Positions 8,921-16,745 of a DNA stretch of 32,000 nucleotides are shown here, in pieces; the first letter of the stretch is position 1, and the number at the start of each line of letters is the position of its first letter. Below the pieces are notes generated by a model. It did not search any database and was not told the origin of the DNA. It saw nothing but the letters and a program-made list of their open reading frames with translations. The stretch is from Nostoc sp. DedSLP01 (GTDB lineage: Bacteria; Cyanobacteriota; Cyanobacteriia; Cyanobacteriales; Nostocaceae). The stretch is from contig JAVRCJ020000003.1 in NCBI GenBank assembly GCA_034530875.2, forward strand, positions 72,246 to 104,245, written 5' to 3'. A program made the position numbers and the translations under genes.

Positions 8921-9013
8921 TTAAGATCCCCCCGCCTGCGGCGACCCCCTTAAAAAAGGGGTGAAAGAGAGTTGTTAGCCCCCCAATTTATCGGGGAGTT
9001 GCGGGGATCTTAA
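8921..9013. repeat. MITE-like palindromic dispersed repeat (TTAAGATCCCC...GGGGATCTTAA)
   Basis: It has inverted termini and an internal CCCCCTTAAAAAAGGGG hairpin. It belongs to the same family as 31234-31342 (..GATCCCCC..CCCCCTTAAAAAGGGGG..AATTTATCG.GGGG..GGGGGATC..). Confidence 0.75.
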
Positions 9014-9039
9014 AACACTAAGCCAAGCGTATTGGTTTA

Positions 9040-10428
9040 TCAATGATTTAGAGTTGCCACTTTTTTGCTGTAATATTCAGTTTTTGCATAGATACTGATA
9101 ATACTATCACCAACTGCAAAAAAAGTACCTTGTTGCTCATTTTTAGAAAATTGCAAATTGGGATATTTAGCAGCGACTTCTTGCACAGTCATCGGTTTTG
9201 CGTTCATTTGGTCTGGCAATACTCCAGTACAACCAATATAAAATACTAAGGGAGAAATCTTGTCTTGGTAGATTTTTTCTGCATATTGTTCTAACTTAGT
9301 ATTTGCAGTTGTTAATGCTGCGATCGCTTCTTCTTTATTGATTTGCTTGCCAGCTTGTTTATCCTGTAATAAATCTGCCAAATCTTCAGCACCAACTCTT
9401 GTGAGAATGCGTACAACTATGCCATTTTGCTCAAGTCCAAGAAAATCATCAAAAATCGGTTTCATCAACTCGTCAACTTTTGTAATCTTGGTGCGTGATG
9501 ACAGTAGCCTCTGTCTCACAGCAAGATTCCGATTAAATATCATCTCAAAACTCGACTTTTTAATAATCTCTCCAGTTTTTTTATTGTAGAGACGATACAT
9601 TCTATTGAGAAATTTGTTCGCAGAATGCAACTTGTTCAAGTTAAGGATATCCTGGCTACCAATATCAATTTTATAGCTCAATCTGGATTCTAAAGTACCA
9701 TTTGCTATAGCTTCATGGATATCTGTGTATTCATTAGTCGTCGGAAAATTGATGTAAACATTCTTAGATAGGTAGTGCTTTTTAAATTCATCTAACTGTT
9801 CTGCTACAAATACATCGGACTCATTTTTCAAGCAAGCAGAAATCATACTAGTAAGTACTTTAATTTCTGCAAGTTCATTGAATAGTCCATCTATGCTGCT
9901 GTAATGACTATCAGCAGGTACAAGCGGTAAATTATCTAATTGGATAGTATATTCACCACGAAAGTCAAAATTTTTTGCATCTAGTACGCCCTTTTGTTGA
10001 AGTAATTCAAAAACTTTTTTACTACTAATTTTGACTCGTAAAGATTTGACGTTGATGTTGCCGTTACTAACAATCGTGTAATTATTAAAGCTATCTAGCT
10101 CATTAACTAACAAACCTGCTACCTCAAGAGTGGGAGTTTGGTCTGCGGATTTAGCAAGTTTGACTTTACGTTTGATAAGCATATTAATAGTAGCGGTATT
10201 GCGATTAAAGTGAAACTCGCCCATACCAACATACTCAGCATTATCTATATTTTCTGTTCGCAACCAAGGTTGGATCGGTTCTCCGTTTTCGTCTCTCACA
10301 CCTTTAATACGCTTGATACCTGTTCTTTGATAATTTTCTTGCAGGTGCTTGATGTTGACGATAATATTGTGACGATATTGCGTAAAGATTTTGATGAGTT
10401 CTACTAGAGAGATTTGATTATTTGTCAT
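9040..10428 (-). CDS. Hypothetical protein, about 462 aa, with no domain I can recognise
   Basis: This is a long open frame. I moved the start to ATG 10428-10426 (MTNNQISLVELIK..) because AAGGTGG lies 5 nt upstream. The track start at 10491 is not an ATG. No P-loop, TM helix or metal motif is visible. Confidence 0.6.
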   Translation of the reverse strand: MTNNQISLVELIKIFTQYRHNIIVNIKHLQENYQRTGIKRIKGVRDENGEPIQPWLRTENIDNAEYVGMGEFHFNRNTATINMLIKRKVKLAKSADQTPTLEVAGLLVNELDSFNNYTIVSNGNINVKSLRVKISSKKVFELLQQKGVLDAKNFDFRGEYTIQLDNLPLVPADSHYSSIDGLFNELAEIKVLTSMISACLKNESDVFVAEQLDEFKKHYLSKNVYINFPTTNEYTDIHEAIANGTLESRLSYKIDIGSQDILNLNKLHSANKFLNRMYRLYNKKTGEIIKKSSFEMIFNRNLAVRQRLLSSRTKITKVDELMKPIFDDFLGLEQNGIVVRILTRVGAEDLADLLQDKQAGKQINKEEAIAALTTANTKLEQYAEKIYQDKISPLVFYIGCTGVLPDQMNAKPMTVQEVAAKYPNLQFSKNEQQGTFFAVGDSIISIYAKTEYYSKKVATLNH

Positions 10429-10564
10429 ATTTCCACCTTGGATATAAAGGCTAACAAGCTGTTGAACCGTGGAAAATTGAAGTGCAAACACACGAGATTT
10501 TGCTCAATAAAAGTATGACAATTTCACGCAGAGGCGCAGAGTGAGAGATTGAGTTTTCATACTA

Positions 10565-10584
10565 TATAGTACAATTGTACTATA
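10565..10584. promoter_or_regulatory. Perfect 20-bp palindrome TATAGTACAATTGTACTATA upstream of the orphan gene
   Basis: Read directly. It lies about 140 nt upstream of ATG 10428 in the gap between that gene and the 3' end of the mprF synthase gene. An operator function is inferred only. Confidence 0.35.
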
Positions 10585-10768
10585 AAAATGTCAAATTGGG
10601 TAGGTTTAGTCCATCGTAGGCATTGCCGTACTGTTGAATAGGACTAGAATAAGTGCCTTTTCAGCTTTACGCCTTTGAGTGACTTTAAATAAATTTGTTG
10701 TGCTTGGGAGAGAGTTAGATACTTATCTCGCGAATTTTTTGAATTAGGGTGTTATCATTTTCTGATAT

Positions 10769-12439
10769 TTAGGCTCCGGGTTTAAAATAATCCAAGAGGC
10801 GATCGCCTGAATCAGCGCGAATCAATGCTACAACTACATCTGGTAAGGCAGCTAAGCTGGGATAAACTAAATAACGCGGTTCCCAACGGGGGTGGAACTT
10901 CTCTTTATAGGTATGTAACCCCTGGAAATTGTAGAAGTGATTTAAATGTTCGTAAAGATAATGCAATACTTTCTCTAAACGGCGCGATTGTGGGTTATCT
11001 CCAACTCCAGCGAGTGCAGAAAGACCAAAATTGAAGCTATCGTAACCACATTCTTTAAAATGCTGGAGCAGCGAAATGAATAAAAAGTCCATTATGCCAT
11101 TTTCAAGGGACGAGCGATATCGCATCAAATCGATAGTTGCTTCATTAAGTTGATACTCTGGAATAATATTTGCAAAGGCGCTAATCTGACCTTCAGGGCT
11201 ATGCAGGACAGCAATCTCACATTCTCGCAGATATGCTTCATCAAACCAACCTAAAGAAAAGTGTTTTTCCGAACCTTGTACCATATTTAGCCATTCATCA
11301 CTTACAGGTTTGAGTAAGTGCAACAAATCATTGTCGATTGGTGGTTGGTAAAAGTTAATTCGGTATCCTAGTTTTGTTAAACGATTGATTGATGGTCTAA
11401 AATTTTTCCCAGCTTTACCTTGTAATGTAAAACTTTGCAAATCAACGATCGCTTCTTCTCCAATCTTGAGTACTTGAAATCCCAATGACTTGTAAAGTTC
11501 AACATCATCGGGCAAAGTTTGATAAAAACTAGGATACCAATCATTGCGCAGGCAAAACTGCCAAAAAGCAACAATTGTCTCTTTGCGGTCTTCAATGGGG
11601 CCGATGGGATCTCCTAAGGCGATCGCGCCTCGTCCTTTGGAAACGTAAGCGATTACACTATTACCAGAAGGGCTGAAATAATAACTCTTATCATTTAATA
11701 ATGTCAAAGCTGCTAAAGAAGAACATCCATATTGTTCGATAATTTCTTTAGCTTTTTTGCGTTCGTTTGGAGTTGCTAAATTACGCCAAAATACGGGTTG
11801 CAACAACATAACCACCGCGTATGTAATAGTAACTGCTGCAATCACATAAATAGAATTAGCAAAAAAAGCCCCAAACTTGCTTTTTGGTTCCAGACCCCAA
11901 TTATCTTCGGTGAAGAACATTGCTAAAGTCTGAACTACGGCTTCACGCCAATTAAAATTTTGTGAAAACTTGCCATCTAATAAGTAAAATCCAATAGTTC
12001 CGTATGCCAGGGTAAATAATAAAGCACCAATTAGCACTCGGACTCCCCTTGCAATAGAAGGAGGGTCTGATTGCGCTGTAAAAACATGGCGCATCAGAAT
12101 TAATTGCATTAATAATATGCCAGATAATATACTTTCTTCGTAATCAAATCCTTTCACCAAGTGGCTGAACATAGAAATGACTAGCAGGCTAACAATCAGT
12201 AACCAAGCTATCTTTTTTCGGCGTAATAAATTAGTTGCAAGTGTTAATAAAACAAACCCAGTCAGTGCTGCAAAAATATGACCAGTAGCACGAATTTCAA
12301 ATGGTAAAAATTCCTTTAACCAGTGATTTCGACCGTACAGGTTAGGTGTCACTGCGGATAACAAATTTACTATCCCCACTAAACCTGTAAGGAAAGCTGC
12401 ACTCCAAAGTCCAATCTGAGTTTTTAAGTTATTAGTCAT
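10769..12439 (-). CDS. mprF: Aminoacyl-phosphatidylglycerol synthase half of MprF (about 6 TM helices plus the cytosolic LPG-synthase C domain)
   Basis: It aligns by eye with the S. aureus MprF C-terminal half: IIEQYGCSSLAALTLLNDKSYYF..AIALGDPIGP versus [31 protein letters not shown], and FYNFQGLHTYKEKFHPRWEPRYLVYP versus [26 protein letters not shown]. Confidence 0.9.
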   Translation of the reverse strand: MTNNLKTQIGLWSAAFLTGLVGIVNLLSAVTPNLYGRNHWLKEFLPFEIRATGHIFAALTGFVLLTLATNLLRRKKIAWLLIVSLLVISMFSHLVKGFDYEESILSGILLMQLILMRHVFTAQSDPPSIARGVRVLIGALLFTLAYGTIGFYLLDGKFSQNFNWREAVVQTLAMFFTEDNWGLEPKSKFGAFFANSIYVIAAVTITYAVVMLLQPVFWRNLATPNERKKAKEIIEQYGCSSLAALTLLNDKSYYFSPSGNSVIAYVSKGRGAIALGDPIGPIEDRKETIVAFWQFCLRNDWYPSFYQTLPDDVELYKSLGFQVLKIGEEAIVDLQSFTLQGKAGKNFRPSINRLTKLGYRINFYQPPIDNDLLHLLKPVSDEWLNMVQGSEKHFSLGWFDEAYLRECEIAVLHSPEGQISAFANIIPEYQLNEATIDLMRYRSSLENGIMDFLFISLLQHFKECGYDSFNFGLSALAGVGDNPQSRRLEKVLHYLYEHLNHFYNFQGLHTYKEKFHPRWEPRYLVYPSLAALPDVVVALIRADSGDRLLDYFKPGA

Positions 12440-12450
12440 TTGTCGTTAAT

Positions 12451-12482
12451 AGTTAGGAGTGAGGAGTTAGGAGTTAGGAGTT
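12451..12482. repeat. Heptamer tandem repeat AGTTAGG/AGTGAGG x4.5 (STRR-like)
   Basis: Read directly as agttagg agtgagg agttagg agttagg agtt. It lies in the 58-nt spacer between the esterase stop and the mprF synthase start. Confidence 0.8.
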
Positions 12483-12497
12483 TTCAATTTTTAACTC

Positions 12498-13406
12498 TTA
12501 ACTTCTACCTTCTGACTTATGAAACTGTTCTCCTACATAAGAGAGTGAATTTTTGAGATGTTTGTGGAAGTAGTTCCAGCCGACATCAGTACCAGATAAA
12601 CCATGACCTCCAGGAAATGCATAAAATACGTGAGTAATACCTAACTTATTTAAGGTTTGATTAAAGGCTTTGGTTGAAGCTAGTAAATTAGTATCGTTAA
12701 CGCCCGCATCTAAGTAAATACGTAATTGCTTCCTATCTTGAATTGGTAACTGTTGCACAATTTGTTGAGGACTATTTTGCGAACCGCTGCTATCAGTAAA
12801 GTAACCGCTATGACTAAAGAAAATATGGAAGTTGTTAAGATAGCGTAAGCCGATATTAAAAGCTCCCCACCCTCCAGAGGATATACCTCCTATAGCCCAA
12901 AATTGGGGTTTTTCTAAAGTGCGGTAGCGTGACTTGACAACTTGTACTAATTCCGAACCAATTAAAGTCCCGACTTTGCCATTCGGCCCGTCAAAATAAT
13001 CAGGGTCGTATAAAGGACTGGAACCGCGATTGTCATTACCATCAGGTGTAATTACAATCGATGGCGGTAATTTCTTACTTTGATAAAGTTCGTGCAACAC
13101 ATCTAAGATTGCATATTTATCAGCAAAGGCGCGAGCATCATCATGTCCCCCATGTAGTAAGAATATCACGGGGTAGCGCTTTTGCCGATTTTTGTTATAG
13201 CCAGGAGGTAAGATGACGCCATAGTTGCGGACTGCACCCATCGCTTGGGAATTGAAGCTTACTAATTGAAACTTTAGCCCAGTATTTGTTTCTTCTGCGG
13301 GCGGGTCTAGTTGTGGTGCGCCTAAGATAAATACATAATAGTAAGCAGCGATAGTGAGAAGGGCGATCGCTCCTACCAAGCTAATCAAAAATTTGGAAAT
13401 CTTCAT
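12498..13406 (-). CDS. Exported/anchored alpha/beta-hydrolase (esterase family), paralogue 1
   Basis: It has an N-terminal hydrophobic anchor, then YPVIFLLHGGH, and a nucleophile elbow in FWAIGGISSGGWGA (GxSxG-like). It closely parallels the neighbouring gene. Confidence 0.75.
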   Translation of the reverse strand: MKISKFLISLVGAIALLTIAAYYYVFILGAPQLDPPAEETNTGLKFQLVSFNSQAMGAVRNYGVILPPGYNKNRQKRYPVIFLLHGGHDDARAFADKYAILDVLHELYQSKKLPPSIVITPDGNDNRGSSPLYDPDYFDGPNGKVGTLIGSELVQVVKSRYRTLEKPQFWAIGGISSGGWGAFNIGLRYLNNFHIFFSHSGYFTDSSGSQNSPQQIVQQLPIQDRKQLRIYLDAGVNDTNLLASTKAFNQTLNKLGITHVFYAFPGGHGLSGTDVGWNYFHKHLKNSLSYVGEQFHKSEGRS

Positions 13407-13523
13407 ATATTTTTAGCTTGAAAAAATTCACCTCCATATAGAATTTCAGATATTTAGTCTAATGCAATTTTCGACATAGCTTTTTGATTCAAATTTGACC
13501 GTTAAGCTTTTGATAATATTCTG

Positions 13524-14486
13524 TTATTTTTTGACATTAAGACTTTGATTTTCACCTTTATCCATTATCTTTGCTAATTTGAATTGTTCGCCCACGAATG
13601 TTAAAGAATCAGCTAAATGTTCGCGCCAATATTGCCAAGTATGACTGCCAGGAAACTCCCGAAACAGATGGTAAATTTGGAGTTGTTCGAGTACTTTCTC
13701 AAATTGTTCGGCTTCTTGGATTTCTTCTGTATCTGACCTACCAGAATCGAGGTAGATTCTCAATCTTTTTTGTGCTTGCAAAGGAATAGTTTTGATATAA
13801 ATTATTGGGCTATTTTTAGGACCGCTTTTATCCTGAAAATAACCGCTATGACTAAATAAAACTGAAAAATTATTTAGATTGTGTAATCCCACATTCACCG
13901 CACCCCAACCGCCAGAAGATAAACCACCTATTGCCCAAAAATCTGGGTTTTTTATTGTACGATAACGGCTTTGGATAACTTTTACTAATTCATCTCCCAC
14001 GGCTGTGGAGACATTACCGTTAGGGCCATCGATATATTCAGGGTCTCGGTAGGGACTAGAGCCGCGTTTATCGTTACCATCTGGTGTAATAATTATGCTC
14101 GGCGGCAACTTACCTGTAATATAAAGTTGTTTGAGAGTTTTAAGAGCTTGTCCTTTATTTTCAATAAACCAATCTTTAGGATTGCCATGTCCGCCGTGGA
14201 GAAGAAAGATTACAGGATAGCTTTGTTTTGGATTTTGCTCGTAACCAGGGGGTAAAGAAACGCCGTAGGTACGACTTCCACTCATAACTTGACTATCGTA
14301 AGTTTCAATTTTATAGCTGAGGGGAGTAGCTAAGTCGCTATTATGAGGCTGCGATGGAAAAAGCGAAGGCGTTGTTTGTAAGTTTTGCTGTTGCGGTGGG
14401 TTTGCTACGACACTTTGCGAGAAATGACAGCTAAATAGAGTTAATAGTGAAACTAGCAAGAAAATATTCGATTGTTTGTAGTTCAT
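13524..14486 (-). CDS. Secreted alpha/beta-hydrolase (esterase family), paralogue 2
   Basis: The signal peptide is MNYKQSNIFLLVSLLTLFS. The first ATG is at 14486; the track start at 14492 is a TTG. Readable motifs are YPVIFLLHGGH, LPPSIIITPDGNDKRGSSPYRDPEYIDGPNG and FWAIGGLSSGGWGA. Confidence 0.75.
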   Translation of the reverse strand: MNYKQSNIFLLVSLLTLFSCHFSQSVVANPPQQQNLQTTPSLFPSQPHNSDLATPLSYKIETYDSQVMSGSRTYGVSLPPGYEQNPKQSYPVIFLLHGGHGNPKDWFIENKGQALKTLKQLYITGKLPPSIIITPDGNDKRGSSPYRDPEYIDGPNGNVSTAVGDELVKVIQSRYRTIKNPDFWAIGGLSSGGWGAVNVGLHNLNNFSVLFSHSGYFQDKSGPKNSPIIYIKTIPLQAQKRLRIYLDSGRSDTEEIQEAEQFEKVLEQLQIYHLFREFPGSHTWQYWREHLADSLTFVGEQFKLAKIMDKGENQSLNVKK

Positions 14487-14629
14487 TTTCAAAGAGCATT
14501 GAGTATTGGACAGTGAGCGCTAGCAATCAAAAGTTTACGCAAGTAATTTGTCAATCTTGTGTCAAGACGATGGAAACTTTACGACTAGTTGTAAGTTAAA
14601 AATCAATAGTTAAGATAAGTTTGCTGGCG

Positions 14630-15559
14630 ATGATGAAAAAGCTGCGACTTCATTTGAGTTCTTTGTTTGGCTTGCTGCTGCTGGTAATTTCTGTCTGGGC
14701 GATCGCTCGCGAATTGCATGACTATAATTATCGTGATATCCTCAACTCATTAGCGGCAATTCCCAAGAATCGCTTAAGCTGGGCAATTTGGCTGACAGCT
14801 TTGGGCTATCTAGTGATGATTGGCTATGATATTTTGGGTTTTAAATATATTAATCGTTCGCTAAGTTGGAACAAAATAGCTTTCACTAACTTTATTAGTT
14901 CTACATTTACCAATACGATTGGTTTTGCCTTGCTAACTGGCAGTGCTATCCGTTATCGATTTTATGCTAATTGGGGAGTGTCAGCAGTAGCGATCGCTCA
15001 AGTGATTGCTTTTGCTAATTTTACTTTTTGGTTGGGAATGTTTGCCATTGCTGGATTGATATTTATTACCAACCCTTTAACAATTCCCCCACAACTACAT
15101 TTGCCTTTTGCAACAGTACGTCCCATCGGTGTAATTTTTTTGGTACTGATTGCTATATATTTGCTGGGAAGTATTTTAATTAAAAAACCTGTAATCATTC
15201 TTCAGCATGAATTTCGCTTTCCTTCATTGCCAATATCCTTAGCTCAAATTGTGATTTCTAGTCTTGACTGGATTATTGCTGCGGCAGTTCTTTTTGCAAT
15301 GCTTCCTAGTAATATAACTTTGTCTTATCTCGATTTTTTAGGAATTTATTTACTAGCGATGTTTGCAGGGGTGGTGAGTAATGTTCCTGGTGGTTTGGGT
15401 GTTTTTGAAACTGTGATGTTGCTGCTTCTCTCATCAAAAATTTCGGCGGCGGTAGTTTTGGGTTCGCTGTTAGCTTATCGTGGGATATACTATTTTTTAC
15501 CTTTGCTGGTTGCGGCAGGTTTGTTAGGAATATATGAAGTTAAATTTGGAAGAAATTAG
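14630..15559 (+). CDS. mprF: Flippase-like N-terminal half of MprF (LPG-synthase TM / UPF0104 domain, about 8 TM helices)
   Basis: It aligns by eye with S. aureus MprF residues ~20-320: RELHDYNYRDILNSL.. versus RELSGINFKDTLVEF.., and ..FAGVVSNVPGGLGVFETVMLLLL..LLAYRGIYYFLPLLVA versus ..[39 protein letters not shown]. I prefer the ATG at 14630 over the track TTG at 14621. Confidence 0.85.
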   Translation: MMKKLRLHLSSLFGLLLLVISVWAIARELHDYNYRDILNSLAAIPKNRLSWAIWLTALGYLVMIGYDILGFKYINRSLSWNKIAFTNFISSTFTNTIGFALLTGSAIRYRFYANWGVSAVAIAQVIAFANFTFWLGMFAIAGLIFITNPLTIPPQLHLPFATVRPIGVIFLVLIAIYLLGSILIKKPVIILQHEFRFPSLPISLAQIVISSLDWIIAAAVLFAMLPSNITLSYLDFLGIYLLAMFAGVVSNVPGGLGVFETVMLLLLSSKISAAVVLGSLLAYRGIYYFLPLLVAAGLLGIYEVKFGRN

Positions 15560-15769
15560 GTTTTTGAAACGCAAAGGTATGCAGAGGTTAGCGCAGAGGA
15601 ACGCAGAGGATTTTAGCAATATCTTCATAAACTGCGGCGTAAATTCCTAAGTTTTGCTGAGGCAGTTGCCAGTTGAATTTTATAAGATTAGTAATAGTTA
15701 TTTAGGATTTTTGATGATATTACAAGAGGTCATCAAAAATTTTGTTTTATCGATTGAAGAGAAAAAATA

Positions 15770-16159
15770 ATGAGAAATAAACTATTGTTTGGCGCCATAT
15801 TTATGGCAACTTGGGTAGGAACATTAATCCCGAGTGCTTTTGCGGCTTCACCTTGTTCTGTGGGACAAAAAGCAGAGGTTTTTTGGAAAGATACATGGTA
15901 TGCAGCAACAGTCTTAGAAGTGAATGACGATCGCTGCTATATTACCTACGATGGTTATGATAGTTCTTGGGATGAATGGGTTGATTCTTCACGCTTTCGG
16001 GTATCTTTTGAAGTTGGAGACGCAGTACAAATTCTCTGGAAAGGTAAATGGTATGCAGGGAAAATTTTAGATGTGAGTGACAATCTTTATAAAATTACTT
16101 ATGACGGTTATGATAGCTCTTGGGATGAGTGGGTTGAACCTGCACGAGTAAGTAGATAG
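15770..16159 (+). CDS. Secreted protein with two tandem Tudor/Agenet/SH3-like barrel repeats
   Basis: The signal peptide ..LIPSAFAA is followed by two ~50-aa repeats: G.KAEVFWKDTWYAATVLEVNDDRCYITYDGYDSSWDEWVDSSRFR and GDAVQILWKGKWYAGKILDVSDNLYKITYDGYDSSWDEWVEPARV. Confidence 0.7.
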   Translation: MRNKLLFGAIFMATWVGTLIPSAFAASPCSVGQKAEVFWKDTWYAATVLEVNDDRCYITYDGYDSSWDEWVDSSRFRVSFEVGDAVQILWKGKWYAGKILDVSDNLYKITYDGYDSSWDEWVEPARVSR

Positions 16160-16184
16160 CTAATATTTTAGTTTTATAAGTTCA

Positions 16185-16228
16185 AAGGGACGATTTCATT
16201 TGTAGAAGTCGTCCCTTCAATTTTTTTA
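16185..16228 (+). terminator. Intrinsic terminator
   Basis: The stem AAGGGACG (16185-16192) pairs with CGTCCCTT (16210-16217), followed by T7 at 16221-16227. Confidence 0.75.
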
Positions 16229-16307
16229 TAATTTTTTCTATTATTACTTGTTTAGAGGCTGGTAGACTGAGAACCATAAATAAAATTCCGTATATTTTGG
16301 CGAATTT

Positions 16308-16685
16308 ATGGAGCCAGTATCACTAACAGCAGGTGCGATCGCAACCTTGGTCATCATCAAAGCTTTTGAAAAAACTGGTGAAATCATCGGCGAAAAGGCT
16401 TGGCAGGAAGGTGAAAAGTTATTTTTACTCCTAAAGCGCAAACAACCCAATACGGCAAGTGCCATTGAACAGGCTCAAACACAACCTTTAAATTATGGTC
16501 AGGCTTATCTGATTGGACAGCAAGTAGAGGAAGCAGCAAAGAAAGATCCTGAAATTGCTCAAGCGGTGGCAGCTGTAGCCAATGAGGCACAACCTCAACT
16601 GACGAACACTATTATTGAAAATTGGCAGGGGATAAACATTAAAGGTGGAACTAATACTATTTCTGGCAATACCTTTAACTTCTGA
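16308..16685 (+). CDS. 125-aa helical N-terminal module ending in a Gly/Asn-rich motif; a free protein or the N-terminus of the downstream STAND NTPase
   Basis: The ATG is at 16308. The product starts MEPVSLTAGAIATLVIIKAFEKTGE.. and ends ..ENWQGINIKGGTNTISGNTFNF, then TGA at 16683-16685. It is in the same frame as the ORF at 16746..18458. Confidence 0.6.
   Translation: MEPVSLTAGAIATLVIIKAFEKTGEIIGEKAWQEGEKLFLLLKRKQPNTASAIEQAQTQPLNYGQAYLIGQQVEEAAKKDPEIAQAVAAVANEAQPQLTNTIIENWQGINIKGGTNTISGNTFNF
16683..16685 (+). other. In-frame UGA, followed by C, separating the N-module from the NB-ARC ORF
   Basis: The sequence ttc TGA c ta cag was read directly. The 20 codons to 16745 are open in the same frame (LQSPEQERVKSNPSTEIPQN). 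Confidence 0.9.
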
Positions 16686-16745
16686 CTACAGTCGCCCGAA
16701 CAGGAACGGGTAAAGTCAAATCCTTCTACTGAAATACCGCAAAAT

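Noticed and set aside
16683-16685. UGA as a selenocysteine codon.
   Set aside because: I could see no convincing stem-loop immediately downstream of the UGA. The surrounding protein is not a redox enzyme, and selenoprotein machinery is not expected here. Readthrough or a nonsense mutation are simpler explanations.
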